From contig OZ244042.1 in assembly GCA_965215015.1 (NCBI GenBank), positions 384,001-448,000 of the forward strand: 64,000 nt of DNA, in the 5' to 3' direction. Under the pieces are notes generated by a model. The model was not told the DNA's origin and searched no databases. It saw nothing but the letters and a program-made list of their open reading frames with translations. The DNA comes from Candidatus Poribacteria bacterium (GTDB lineage: Bacteria > Poribacteria > WGA-4E > PCPOR2b). The position numbers were made by a program, and so were the translations under genes. This document shows, one piece after another, positions 29,149-39,561 of this stretch (position 1 is its first letter; each line of letters opens with the position of its first letter).

Positions 29149-29430
29149 GAGTTAGGCACTTGAGTTTGTAGTCGCGCAATTCAACCCGCGTCTTTAAGGG
29201 AGTCGGCATACGCCCTATGCCGTCCTCCTGCGTCCCCCCGCTTGCGGGGGGTGGGGGCTCTTAGAGGGGTATTACGGCACGCGGAGCCTGCCTATCACTG
29301 TCGGGTGAGCTGTAGCTGCCCGATTCATCGGGCGTTGAGAGGCATGTTCACCGAATCTGCAATGGTGGCACAGTAGGTCGATTTTGGAAAATCGATAGTA
29401 TTGCGTCGAGATATGAGCCTCGACCGACAA
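29146..29430. repeat. Family B element followed by GTAG-REP-like hairpins
   Basis: TAGGAGTTAGGCACTTGAGTTTGTAGTCGCGCAATTCAACCCGCG...GGCATACGCCCTATGCC; then GTAGCTGCCCGATTCATCGGGC and GTAGGTCGATTTTGGAAAATCGA. Confidence 0.75.
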
Positions 29431-29495
29431 GGCTTCGAGGGGCCAACCGCGTAAGTTCCAATAGAATAAGGAATGATATTTTTCGGAGTTATTTT

Positions 29496-31574
29496 ATGAT
29501 AGATAGCTTTGTTCAATTCGCTCGCAGTATCCTATCAGACAACTGGTTTGCGTGGTTTTATCAATACCTGTTCGGTGGGCTGTTCTTTTTCTCTTCCCTC
29601 TGGCTGGCAGTCCATGCCGGTACGATATACAAGGGACTGCGCGCTGACCGGCGGATCATCTGGGTGCTCGTCGTGGGCTTCTTTCTGTTCGCAGGCCTCC
29701 ACCTGGTTTGGATCTTCTCTGTGGAGGGCCCCCCCCGGCAAATGAGCGACTCACTCCATACCATCGACTACACCGTCATTGTTCTCTACTTTGCGGCTAT
29801 TGTGGCTTGTGGAATCTACTTCGGGCGATATACGAAATCCACAGCGGATTTCTTCTTCGGGGGGCAACGCTTCGTCTGGTGGTTGATCGCCGCGTCGTGT
29901 ATTGCCACGCTCGTCGGTTCCTACAGCTTTATCAACTATTCCGACCTCGGCTATGATAGTGGACTTGCCAGTATGACGTACTATACGAACGACTGGTTCA
30001 TCATGCCGCTGTTCCTGTTAGGTTGGTTTCCCATCATCTACTTCAACCGCATAAGCACCATCCCCGAGTATTTTGAACGCAGGTTCGATCGACGCACGCG
30101 ATTCATGGTCCTGATCCTGATCATGCTGTATCTTGTCGGTTATATCGGCATGAACCTACAGACGATTGCCGTTGTTCTGAACCGTGTCATAGGGATGCCC
30201 ATACTGGTGGGTGCCGTAATCGTGGCAATCATTTCGCTTGCCTATATGCACAGCGGAGGACAGATGTCGGTGCTCATGACCGATCTGTTCCAGAGCATAA
30301 TCCTATTTGTCGCCGGTATCGGCATTTTCCTGCTTGGCATCCACCACGTTGGCGGCTGGGACGCGTTTTGGAACGGACTCCCAGCGACGCACAAAGTCCC
30401 CTTCCCCCAATTCAACGAACCCGCAAATTTTCACTTCATCGGTACGTTCTGGGGCGATGCGCTTTCAGGCACTGTGGCTTTCTTTTTCATCAATCAGGGT
30501 ATCATTCTGCGTTTCCTATCGGTCAAATCCGTCCACGATGGACGCAAAGCTATGATTGTTATGGTGCTTGTCCTGATGCCTATTGCAGCAATTGTTGTCA
30601 GCAATGGAGGTTGGGTCGGCAAAGCGATGCAGACCTACGGTTGGCCCGAAGCACCAGAAAAGGCGAAGAGTGTCTTCGTGATGGTGATGCAAATCATCAC
30701 CCAGCCGGGGGTGTTTGGTCTGGTCATCGCCGCGCTGCTCGCAGCACTGATGTCCACGCTCGATACACTTATTAACGCCGTCTCCGCCGTAGGCGTTAAT
30801 GACATCTGGAAAACCGTTGTACCGGGCAAAGACGATAAATACTATCTTCATGCAGCTCGCTTGGCAGCCGTTGGTGCAACACTTTTGGGATTGGTGCTCG
30901 TTCCCATCTTTGAACTGGACGATCAGATCTATACGGCTCACTCAAAGTTCTTCACGACGATATTGCCATCACTGATTGTAGTCCTGCTTATGGGTGTCCT
31001 CTGGTCCCGTTTCACACCGACAGCAGCGTTCTGGGCACTTCTCTTGGGATCGCTGCTTACCCTCATTACCCATCACAAATCCCTCTATTTTCTGATTAAA
31101 CCACTCGCCCACGGCGTGCCTCCCGATAAGGGATACATATATATGCGCGGATTGTTCGGTACGCTGGTCACAGTTGTGCTGGGGGTAGGAATCACTCTCT
31201 TTACCAAACCGCGACCCAAGGCGGACCTCCCCGGACTTTGCCTTGCTACCTTGTCCGAAGGAATGCGGCTATTTAAGGGCGGTGAACCCAATCGATCTGA
31301 ACCGAAGACCTCTTCCCCCCTCCAACTTCGTACAGGTTCGGTTGACGCCGACCGCGTGCAGCTGCCAATTGAGTTGATGAACGAACTTTCCATTCAGGAA
31401 GGGGACATCATCTATGTATCGGACGCCCGTCGATGGTTAGGCGGTCTACGTTCCGTGCATCTGAAAGCCGACGAACCGCATCAGGAAACAGGTGTCATCA
31501 TTCTGAACGATGCTGCCATCGATCGTGCGAATTTCAGTGTTGAGCTGCCTGTCAGGGTCGAGAAGATATTCTGA
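29496..31574 (+). CDS. Sodium:solute symporter (SSS) with extra N-terminal 2-TM segment and C-terminal soluble domain
   Basis: DFFFGG, TIPEYFERRF, GGQMSVLMTDLFQ, LLAALMSTLD; extensions at both ends. Confidence 0.9.
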   Translation: MIDSFVQFARSILSDNWFAWFYQYLFGGLFFFSSLWLAVHAGTIYKGLRADRRIIWVLVVGFFLFAGLHLVWIFSVEGPPRQMSDSLHTIDYTVIVLYFAAIVACGIYFGRYTKSTADFFFGGQRFVWWLIAASCIATLVGSYSFINYSDLGYDSGLASMTYYTNDWFIMPLFLLGWFPIIYFNRISTIPEYFERRFDRRTRFMVLILIMLYLVGYIGMNLQTIAVVLNRVIGMPILVGAVIVAIISLAYMHSGGQMSVLMTDLFQSIILFVAGIGIFLLGIHHVGGWDAFWNGLPATHKVPFPQFNEPANFHFIGTFWGDALSGTVAFFFINQGIILRFLSVKSVHDGRKAMIVMVLVLMPIAAIVVSNGGWVGKAMQTYGWPEAPEKAKSVFVMVMQIITQPGVFGLVIAALLAALMSTLDTLINAVSAVGVNDIWKTVVPGKDDKYYLHAARLAAVGATLLGLVLVPIFELDDQIYTAHSKFFTTILPSLIVVLLMGVLWSRFTPTAAFWALLLGSLLTLITHHKSLYFLIKPLAHGVPPDKGYIYMRGLFGTLVTVVLGVGITLFTKPRPKADLPGLCLATLSEGMRLFKGGEPNRSEPKTSSPLQLRTGSVDADRVQLPIELMNELSIQEGDIIYVSDARRWLGGLRSVHLKADEPHQETGVIILNDAAIDRANFSVELPVRVEKIF

Positions 31575-31599
31575 GAGGATGCCAGGTCTCCTCTCCCAC

Positions 31600-32260
31600 C
31601 GTCGCACGCGTTCAAAGGGTGAACGTGAAAGTTCAGTGTCTTTGTAGTTTTGAGTCGGGCAGTCGTTGCTATCCAATTCGATGTCGTACTGACCGGGGAC
31701 ATTGATGCCGAAGATGGCATTTTTCACTGGACCATCAGCGGGGCCCAGCGGTTCCAAATTGTGCTTATCCTACAAGTCTACCGGAATCTCGATGCGGCGC
31801 AATGCCTCGATCTGCCATTGTGGCGAACCCGCCCAGATTGAATCGGTGTCCTACAGCACACCACCCACCCCTAACCCCTTGATCAATATCCCCCAACATT
31901 GCCGCTGCGAACCTTGGATGTGTAATTGCCAACGCACCGAACGAGAGACCGATGTCGGCGTACACATTCGACACCCCGTGTTTTTCGGGGATAGCAGCCA
32001 TCTCGTCAATCCACGGCAAACGTCCAGTCCGTTCAAATGCTTCGCTCACCCCGTGTGCGTCACGCCACACTTTCAAGCCGGTATGATAAATGTGGAAATT
32101 CAGATCGAGCCAATCTTGAACAGCCTTCCCGAGATCATCCAACAACGCATCGTGCCAGTTTGGGATCCGCTCGTAGTCAATCGGCAGTACCCCTTTGTGG
32201 ACGCAGATATTTCGGACGCTGTACTTGCGCGCTTTCTCATAGGTCGGGTAGGTTAAATCT
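31600..32260 (-). pseudogene. Amidohydrolase_2-family remnant (5'-truncated, frameshifted, two stops)
   Basis: ICVHKG...DW...FHIYH...NVYADIG...AAMLG, frameshift at a G5 run (31890-31894), then ILIKGLG...VL*DTDSIWAGSPQWQIEALRR...L*...KNAIFGIN. Boundaries approximate. Confidence 0.8.
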
Positions 32261-32365
32261 TTGTCGTCCCCGCCACGGTTTGTCGAAGGTAGGTTCAGCA
32301 CCTAGAACGTCGCCAATAGTGTAACCCTTACGAATCTACAGAGAGGGTTTGATACTAAATCTAAA

Positions 32366-32454
32366 GGTTCATGTTAAGAAATCGTGCAGCAGAAACCGAG
32401 TTTTCAAAAAACTGGGTTTCTCTTCGCGCTTTGCACTTTCTTTTAACATGAGCC
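32366..32454. mobile_element. MITE family A
   Basis: TIRs GGTTCATGTTAAGAAATCGTGCA...TGCACTTTCTTTTAACATGAGCC; flanks AATCTAAA / AATCTAGA. Confidence 0.8.
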
Positions 32455-32479
32455 AATCTAGATATTCCTTAAAAAGTTC

Positions 32480-33307
32480 CTATCCATGAAAAAACTTTAT
32501 CCGTTCAGCTGCTTTACCCGTTACTGTATCGGGAGAAAGCGCACCCTCCCCGAAAACTATTGGAAACGTATCGCCCGTGATCACCGAGCGAGTCCCTACA
32601 TCCATATAGGTCACACTGAACGCTCGACGGGGGGCCGAGGTCGTGTTAACACCCGAACGGTGCAGTAAAAAATTGTGTAACAGAATCGCTTCTCCAGCCT
32701 CCGTTTCTAAGTCAATTACATCTTCGTCGCGGGTATATTTCGCTTGGTCCTCCTCCGACGTAAAGTGCCTTTCGTTGAGAATCCCCAGATTATTGCTGCC
32801 CGGCACAATCTGCATACAACCACTGCGAACAGTCGCCGCATCTAAGGCAGTCCACACCGTGATAATCGGATTGGTATCAATCTTCCAACCAACCCCGATG
32901 TCTTGGTGCCAAACCAGTTCTGTCCCACGCTCAGCGGGTTTGTTCATAAACATGGAACGAAAAACAGAGACGTCTTCCCCGATGTAGCGGCGGGTGATTT
33001 GGCGGATGAGAGCTTTCTGAATGTAGGCAAGAAAGAGCGGATCCTGTTCCAGATCGTCAATGCGCCGGTAGTTCAGAGTCGCTTCTTTGTTCCCTACCGT
33101 ACGAGTCCTTGACCCTCCGGCATACCGAGGGTCAAGTTGAAAGCGCATGTTATCATAGCGGATTTTGCCCAACATAATATCGTCTATGCGCTGCTGGATT
33201 GTGGCAAGTTCGCCGGGAGACAGAAGTTTGCCCAAACGTAGGTAACCCTGCTCCATAAACTGTGCATGGTGTCGATCTTCAAACGAAGAAAGTGCTTCCA
33301 ATTGCAT
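32480..33307 (-). CDS. PhyH-family dioxygenase
   Basis: WHQD, TVWTALD, GCMQIVPGS, LLHRSGVN...RR. Confidence 0.92.
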   Translation of the reverse strand: MQLEALSSFEDRHHAQFMEQGYLRLGKLLSPGELATIQQRIDDIMLGKIRYDNMRFQLDPRYAGGSRTRTVGNKEATLNYRRIDDLEQDPLFLAYIQKALIRQITRRYIGEDVSVFRSMFMNKPAERGTELVWHQDIGVGWKIDTNPIITVWTALDAATVRSGCMQIVPGSNNLGILNERHFTSEEDQAKYTRDEDVIDLETEAGEAILLHNFLLHRSGVNTTSAPRRAFSVTYMDVGTRSVITGDTFPIVFGEGALSPDTVTGKAAERIKFFHG

Positions 33308-33454
33308 AACCTTAATCTCCTTCTATGAATATAGCGCAATGTCCTGGGTATCTTCCATCATTGAGTAAGCATCAGAATGATGCAACAGAATCGGAACTTC
33401 CTCGCCCGACGGCACCAATGAACTAATGAACCTATGAACAAATGGTTTTCACAT

Positions 33455-33487
33455 TTTTTGCATTTTGTACTTTCTTTGACATGAGCC
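33455..33487. repeat. Isolated family A right end
   Basis: TTTTGTACTTTCTTTGACATGAGCC; no matching left end recognised. Confidence 0.5.
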
Positions 33488-33494
33488 TTATTGA

Positions 33495-34520
33495 TTATAA
33501 CTGAATTTCTTGATAGATGTTTTGGCATGGATTTTCGTCCACGAACAACACCCGCCGGGGCTGTACCATCCCAATCATCGAATATTCCGTATGCGAGTCA
33601 TCAGGCCCACCGTGACGACAAATACTTGGGGAACCGTGATGACGCAAAATCCTTTTCATATCCACCAGACTGTAGTCGGACAACTCAGAGAGACTTTGTT
33701 CAAGAAAATGTTGTCTTGCTTTGGCGTTGCATTTGCCGCTTTCGGTGCGACGATCAGCATCTGCCAGAGTCGGAAGTTGGTAGTAGTTGACACAGTTCAT
33801 GTGACGTGCCTCCGGTGCTGGATGGCGTACCTGTATCATGGGACATGGTGCTTCGATGGAACACATCGCACCATTCGCGTCTACGCAGACATGGCTGTAA
33901 CCTTTGCCGCGTGTTGGGAGTTGGGACAGCCGACGAACAAATTCCGATGTCGTCCGGCTCTGCATCAGACACTCGTAAGCCCACAGGCGTATCGGGACGA
34001 AGTCATCGCTTTGTTGAAAAACACTTCCAACGGAGGAGTGTCCCACCGCTACACCTTCAGCGTTCATCCCATCGGTTGTCGCAACCATGCCGCAGAAGGT
34101 AAAGCTTATCATAGGAATCGCGTCGTTTCGGTGGATAACTCGCGCACACGCCGAACGTCGTGTGTCTTTGGCAAGCCCATCGTTGTTCTTGCCCCAGAGA
34201 GGCCCGTCCGACCCGTCGTTAAATACGATGTTCGTGCACCCCTCATCAACCACTAATTCATTGGCGTACATCGGGAGATTCAGTTGGAAAATAGCATCGA
34301 GGGAGATGTCTGCCCCGGATGCCGTTCCTTCAATTTCCGCGAGAACCGCTGGTAGATGGGTTTTCAATGTCTCCAAAAAACGTGGAAACCGCTGCCCCCA
34401 AACAGTACTGTCTATGTTTAGGGGAAAACGAGAAAGGTGCTCCCGGATTTCTTCACGCAACGCTTCGCCGGTGAGAGCACCAATTTCGCGGGGTGAGCCT
34501 GAGACTTCAATGACTTTCAT
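33495..34520 (-). CDS. Peptidase C45-family Ntn hydrolase (acyl-CoA:6-APA acyltransferase-like)
   Basis: GSPREIG, autoprocessing GCT, GKNND, GMNAEGV. Confidence 0.85.
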   Translation of the reverse strand: MKVIEVSGSPREIGALTGEALREEIREHLSRFPLNIDSTVWGQRFPRFLETLKTHLPAVLAEIEGTASGADISLDAIFQLNLPMYANELVVDEGCTNIVFNDGSDGPLWGKNNDGLAKDTRRSACARVIHRNDAIPMISFTFCGMVATTDGMNAEGVAVGHSSVGSVFQQSDDFVPIRLWAYECLMQSRTTSEFVRRLSQLPTRGKGYSHVCVDANGAMCSIEAPCPMIQVRHPAPEARHMNCVNYYQLPTLADADRRTESGKCNAKARQHFLEQSLSELSDYSLVDMKRILRHHGSPSICRHGGPDDSHTEYSMIGMVQPRRVLFVDENPCQNIYQEIQL

Positions 34521-34885
34521 GATATATCCTTAAGATGAAGCATTGGACTAAAAAACCTCGCTCTTTCTGCTGTGATGTACTAGTACGGAGACGGATGCTG
34601 CAGCGCAGAGAGGTATGGACCGTATTCCACGATAAGTTCTACCTCCTCCACTTTAAGTGGGCTTACCAATCCTTCGCGTCAGTCTCTTTTCCTTTGGAGA
34701 TGCTGCTTTATCATTACGGATTTTTTAAAATGAACACCATCGTAGCAAAATTTCCCCTCAATGTCAACGGTAAAGCGAGAAGTATGAGACGAGCAGGAGA
34801 TGCTTAAACCCCTTCCCTCTCAAGTGCGTCAAATAGCTGAAGCCGCTCGGTTTAATATACCTATTTGGTTCAAATATACCTATTT

Positions 34886-35047
34886 GGTTCATGTGAAAAG
34901 AAGGTGTAGAGCAAAGATACCCGGAACATAGCGCAACACACTTGGTATTTTCAATTCACCAAACACCAGAGTCCAACACGATTGGTATTTGTCCCCGAGT
35001 TTTTTCGGAAAAACTCGGGGGCTTTGCACCATTTCTTAACATGAGCT
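34886..35047. mobile_element. MITE family A, inverted and longer, preceded by a 19-bp tandem duplication
   Basis: GGTTCATGTGAAAAGAAGGTGTA...TGCACCATTTCTTAACATGAGCT; flanks ACCTATTT / CCCTATTT; AATATACCTATTTGGTTCA twice at 34854-34891. Confidence 0.75.
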
Positions 35048-35310
35048 CCCTATTTTTTTGCAATAAGTAGATAGGGGCTTTTCTCTGAGCTCAACGCAAA
35101 ATCGCAAAGACCCAAGGCAAGACAAATGAAAGTGTGGAAGCAGGGAAGATTGGGGGTTTTTGATAGCCTTCCTGTCTTGCCTTTGCTCTCAAGCGTTTTA
35201 TTAAGAGCCAGTAACTACTTATTCCCTTTTTTACTAAAACAGCACTCACAAAAATGTCCAAGAATCGGCAAACGATTAGGCTATACCCGTCGGGAAGGGA
35301 CTTTGTTTAT

Positions 35311-36114
35311 ATGAATAGAAATCAAACCCCAACATCCACCTCGAATCTTTCGATCTTACACATTCTGGTGGTCTTATTTTCCTTTTTCATCGTTCAACTT
35401 CCACTATTTGCGGAAAGCCATGCCACGGATATTGATGTTAAAGCCATCGTCAAACGAATGGACGAGCTCTATCGTAGCGAAACAAGCCAGACCAACATGG
35501 AGATGCAAATTGTTACGCCACACTGGGAAAGAACCTTGGCTTTGGAGGTCTGGACAAAGGGGATGGACAGGACCTTCATCTTGATAACATCGCCCAAAAA
35601 AGAGAAAGGTGTTGCGACCTTGCGGATTGGGAACGAAATGTGGAACTATCTCCCCAAAACCAACAAGGTGATGAAGGTGCCACCGTCAATGATGATGGGA
35701 TCTTGGATGGGCTCTGATTTTACGAATGACGACCTCGTCAAAGAGTCATCAATGCTCGACGATTATACCTACGAACTAATCACACCGGCGGAGGCCCTAC
35801 CTGACCATCTCTACATTCAGTTGCTACCAAAGGAGGATTCACCGATTGTCTGGGGCAAACTTATTGTTGCTATCCGAGTAAGTGATCAGCTTCCGGTTTG
35901 GCAGCATTTCTACGACGAAACGGGGCGTCTCACGCGAGTCATGAACTTCAAAGAGATTAAATCGTTTGACGGAAAGATTATACCCTCGATGATGGAGATG
36001 ATACCCCAAAACAAAGAAGGACACAAAACCGTTGTACGGTTTGTGGATGCCGAATTTGACAAAGATATTGACGAAAAAGTCTTCACGCGCCGAAACCTTC
36101 AGAAGCGAAGATGA
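35311..36114 (+). CDS. LolA-like outer-membrane lipoprotein-sorting protein
   Basis: Signal peptide; P...KGVATLR...MWNYLP...SWMGSDFTNDDL family motif. Start uncertain. Confidence 0.85.
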   Translation: MNRNQTPTSTSNLSILHILVVLFSFFIVQLPLFAESHATDIDVKAIVKRMDELYRSETSQTNMEMQIVTPHWERTLALEVWTKGMDRTFILITSPKKEKGVATLRIGNEMWNYLPKTNKVMKVPPSMMMGSWMGSDFTNDDLVKESSMLDDYTYELITPAEALPDHLYIQLLPKEDSPIVWGKLIVAIRVSDQLPVWQHFYDETGRLTRVMNFKEIKSFDGKIIPSMMEMIPQNKEGHKTVVRFVDAEFDKDIDEKVFTRRNLQKRR

Positions 36115-36214
36115 GTCAAAGGCAAGGACGCGTGGATATAAGTGAGGTTGATGGAGATTCACTGTTTCAGTGGCTTATAGGCTTATTTACGTCTCACGCA
36201 TTACGTTTTACGCT

Positions 36215-37432
36215 ATGATGACACTTAAAATTGCATTCCGCAACATCTTCCGTCAGAAACGACGCACAATACTAACCGCACTCGCAATGATTGTCGGATT
36301 TACACTCTCGTCCGTATTCATCGGCTGGTCCGACGGTGCCTATTCCGACATTATCGAGATGTTTACGCAGAACCGCATCGGGCATATTCAGGTGCATCGC
36401 GGAGGCTATCTTGATAAACCGTCGCTCTACAAAACGATGGCTGATTACGAGTCTATCGGGGAAACCATCGGGAGCATAAAAGGGGTAGAGGCGTGGACAC
36501 CGCGAGTATACTCGGCGGGACTTGGCTCGGTCGACGAAAAGAGCACCACCCTACAAATCATCGGTGTCGAGGTCGGACGTGAAGTCAAAGCGACTCGATT
36601 TGATAAGAAAATCATTGATGGAAGGGAGCTCTCAGCGCAACCGGCGCGTGAAGCCGTTTTAGGCAAGGGACTCGCGAGAATCTTTGCTGCAACGGTCGGC
36701 GACGAAATTGTGATTGTCTCACAGGGTGCCGATGGCTCGATTGCTAACGAATTGTATGAGATTGTTGGCATCGCAGAAAGCGGTGACGACACCACAGATC
36801 GGATGGCGTGTTATCTCCATATCAGAGACGCGCAGGAGTTGCTTGTCCTTGAAGGGCGCGCCCACGAAATTGTTGTAATTGTCTCAAACATCAATCACGT
36901 CCACAAAATCACGAAGGCAATTGAAACCGCTCTTGATGATTCAACGCTTGATGTTGCCCCTTGGCAGGTGGTCGCCAAGGCTTTCTATCGAGCAATGCAG
37001 GCGGACAAGCAGGGCGATGCTATTGGACGAATTATCATCATGCTCATCGTCGCTATCGGTGTATTGAATACGGTCCTGATGTCGGTGCTGGAGAGAACGG
37101 GCGAATACGGTGTATTGAAGGCAGTCGGAACGAAACCGGGGCAAATCTTCTGGTTGGTGATTTGCGAAGTACTCATCATCGCCCTTGGCAGCATTGTCGT
37201 CGGTGCTATATTTGGTGTTTCGATCAACTATCTGCTGTCGATATATGGCATCACCATGCCACAGGAATTTACTTACGGCGGCATCAAATTTCAAACCATG
37301 TACGCCGAAGTCAACACACGAAGTCTCATTGTTCCCGCGATTACCGTCATACTGTCGGCAGCGATAGTCAGTCTATTTCCCGCGCTAAAGGCGGCACGAA
37401 TTCTGCCAGCTAGGGCAATGCGAACCCATTGA
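36215..37432 (+). CDS. ABC transporter permease (FtsX/LolE/MacB type)
   Basis: IAFRNIFRQKRRT, NTVLMSVLERTGEYGVLKAVG, PALKAARI. Confidence 0.92.
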   Translation: MMTLKIAFRNIFRQKRRTILTALAMIVGFTLSSVFIGWSDGAYSDIIEMFTQNRIGHIQVHRGGYLDKPSLYKTMADYESIGETIGSIKGVEAWTPRVYSAGLGSVDEKSTTLQIIGVEVGREVKATRFDKKIIDGRELSAQPAREAVLGKGLARIFAATVGDEIVIVSQGADGSIANELYEIVGIAESGDDTTDRMACYLHIRDAQELLVLEGRAHEIVVIVSNINHVHKITKAIETALDDSTLDVAPWQVVAKAFYRAMQADKQGDAIGRIIIMLIVAIGVLNTVLMSVLERTGEYGVLKAVGTKPGQIFWLVICEVLIIALGSIVVGAIFGVSINYLLSIYGITMPQEFTYGGIKFQTMYAEVNTRSLIVPAITVILSAAIVSLFPALKAARILPARAMRTH

Positions 37433-37464
37433 AATTAGTAATCAGGGGACAAAATAAATAATCT

Positions 37465-37537
37465 GGCTCATATTAAGAAATGGTGCAACAAAAACTCGAT
37501 TTCTCTTAGCATTTTGCACTTTCTTTTTACATAAGCT
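37465..37537. mobile_element. MITE family A, short copy with a perfect 8-bp TSD
   Basis: GGCTCATATTAAGAAATGGTGCA...TGCACTTTCTTTTTACATAAGCT flanked by AATAATCT at 37457-37464 and 37538-37545. Confidence 0.82.
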
Positions 37538-37576
37538 AATAATCTTATCACGCAGCACGTTTCACGGTTCAAAACC

Positions 37577-38806
37577 ATGGGGCTAATCTTCATTAAACTG
37601 GCTTGGAGAAATCTGTTTCGGAATAAACGACGTACAATCATTGCTTCGATAGCGATTGGGATCGGCTTAGCTGCACTGATTTTCGCCGATGCACTGTGGG
37701 TTGGGATAGAACAAAACATGGTCAAAACTGCCACCGCTTCGTTTCTCGGCGATGGGCAGATTCACCGAGCAGACTTCCGCGACACGCAGGCAGTCGAAAT
37801 GACAATCAATCAACTTGATGAAGTGGTCGAGGGGCTCTCTCAGGAAGTGATTGTTCAACAGTTCACACCCCGGACATTCGCTTTTGGGATGATTACTTCG
37901 TCGGCAAATGTCAGCGCAATTAGCCTCGTGGGGGTCCAACCATCAACAGAACAGTTCCTATCCCAAATCGATGACGCAATCACGGAAGGGGCGTACTTTG
38001 AAGGGGATAACGACCGCGATATTGTGATTGGCGCAAAACTGGCGGAACTCCTTGAGGTTACACTTGGCAATCGGGTCGTCGTCACCGTCGCTCAAGCAGA
38101 GAGCGGTGACCTATCCCAAGAAATGTTTCGGATTTCAGGGATCTATCATCTCGGCGATGACGCAATGAGCGGAGGCATGGCGTTTGTGCGGTTGGAAAAA
38201 GCCCAAGAGATGCTTGCCATCGGTTCCGGCGTCCATGAGATTGCCATCAAATTTACCGACACAAAATACGGACAGGATAAAGATCTTCCATTCTGGGAGC
38301 GATATTCTCAACGCGACAACGAAGCGTTAGGCTGGCCGGAAATCCTACCTCAATTACAAGCCGCATTCGAGATGTCCAAGTATAGCAAATACATCATGGG
38401 GGTTATCCTCTTTGGTGTTGTTATATTCGGAATTATCAATACGCTTTTCATGTCGTTGTATGAGCGGATGTTCGAGTTTGGTGTTCTGCGTGCCGTGGGG
38501 ACGCGCCCTTTTGGGATGGCGCGACTAATCTTATTTGAAGCCGGGGCGTTGGCGATTGTGAGTATCGTCCTTGGTGCCATCCTCGGTTTCGCCTTGACGT
38601 GGATATTTACGAAGATCGGTATTGATTACACCGGCATTGAAATGATGGGCGTGACAATACAGGAACTCATCTACCCCGTCATGACAATCAAACCGTTCAT
38701 CTTGTATCCTATTTGGGTGTTTATTTTTACTATTATTACCGGACTGTATCCGGCTCGATATGCAGCGAAGATAGTCCCGGTGATCGCAATGCGTAAGAGT
38801 TTTTAA
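37577..38806 (+). CDS. ABC transporter permease (FtsX/LolE/MacB type)
   Basis: LAWRNLFRNKRRT, NTLFMSLYERMFEFGVLRAVG. Confidence 0.92.
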   Translation: MGLIFIKLAWRNLFRNKRRTIIASIAIGIGLAALIFADALWVGIEQNMVKTATASFLGDGQIHRADFRDTQAVEMTINQLDEVVEGLSQEVIVQQFTPRTFAFGMITSSANVSAISLVGVQPSTEQFLSQIDDAITEGAYFEGDNDRDIVIGAKLAELLEVTLGNRVVVTVAQAESGDLSQEMFRISGIYHLGDDAMSGGMAFVRLEKAQEMLAIGSGVHEIAIKFTDTKYGQDKDLPFWERYSQRDNEALGWPEILPQLQAAFEMSKYSKYIMGVILFGVVIFGIINTLFMSLYERMFEFGVLRAVGTRPFGMARLILFEAGALAIVSIVLGAILGFALTWIFTKIGIDYTGIEMMGVTIQELIYPVMTIKPFILYPIWVFIFTIITGLYPARYAAKIVPVIAMRKSF

Positions 38807-38865
38807 GACAGCAAGAGCGGCGGAGTCAAAGAAAGAGGGATCTGTTTTACACGAGGAGCTTAACG

Positions 38866-39561
38866 TTGACAAATACTGATGTGATTGTTACAGAAAACAT
38901 TACGAAGGTGTATGCGGGAAATGGCGTGCCCGTCAAAGCCCTTCGGGGAGTTGATTTGACGATTCAATCAGGGGAATTTACGGCGTTGGTGGGACCGTCT
39001 GGGTCAGGGAAAACCACACTCCTCAACATCATTTCTGGGTTGGATGCACCGACAGAAGGGAAAGTCTGGTTGTCAGGCAAGCTGCTGTCGGGCATGAGCG
39101 GTAACGAGCTGTCCGATTTTCGCCGAGACAACATCGGCTTTATCTTTCAGGCATACAATCTCATTCCCGTGCTGACAGTGGAAGAGAACGTGGAATACAT
39201 TATGCTCTTGCAACATGTGTCTAAAGCGGAACGGCATAGACGCGTCGCCGCAATGCTTGAGGAGGTTGGGCTAGCGGGATTTGCAGACCGGAACCCGCCG
39301 CAGCTCTCAGGTGGACAGCAACAGCGCGTCGCCATTGCACGGGCGATGGTCTCTGAACCTGCGATTATCCTCGCGGATGAACCAACTGCGAACCTTGACT
39401 CGAGCACAGGTGCAGACCTGCTTGATATGATGAGTCACCTCAATGTACAGACAAACATGACGTTCGTATTTTCAACCCATGACCCAATGGTAATGGAGAG
39501 AGCAAAACGCTTGATAACTCTGAAGGACGGTCAAGTTGAGAGTGACAAAATTAAAGGGTAG
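38866..39561 (+). CDS. ABC transporter ATP-binding protein (LolD-like)
   Basis: [37 protein letters not shown]. Confidence 0.95.
   Translation: MTNTDVIVTENITKVYAGNGVPVKALRGVDLTIQSGEFTALVGPSGSGKTTLLNIISGLDAPTEGKVWLSGKLLSGMSGNELSDFRRDNIGFIFQAYNLIPVLTVEENVEYIMLLQHVSKAERHRRVAAMLEEVGLAGFADRNPPQLSGGQQQRVAIARAMVSEPAIILADEPTANLDSSTGADLLDMMSHLNVQTNMTFVFSTHDPMVMERAKRLITLKDGQVESDKIKG

Noticed and set aside
31765-31853. Pyrrolysine/amber read-through of two TAG codons in the amidohydrolase
   Set aside because: The same gene also has a frameshift and a 5' truncation, and no pyl genes are in the window; pseudogenisation is simpler.
33510-34533. Long plus-strand ORFs opposite the C45 hydrolase (similarly 43349-43948, 54350-55009 and 56109-56771)
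   Set aside because: Antisense shadows of well-supported genes.
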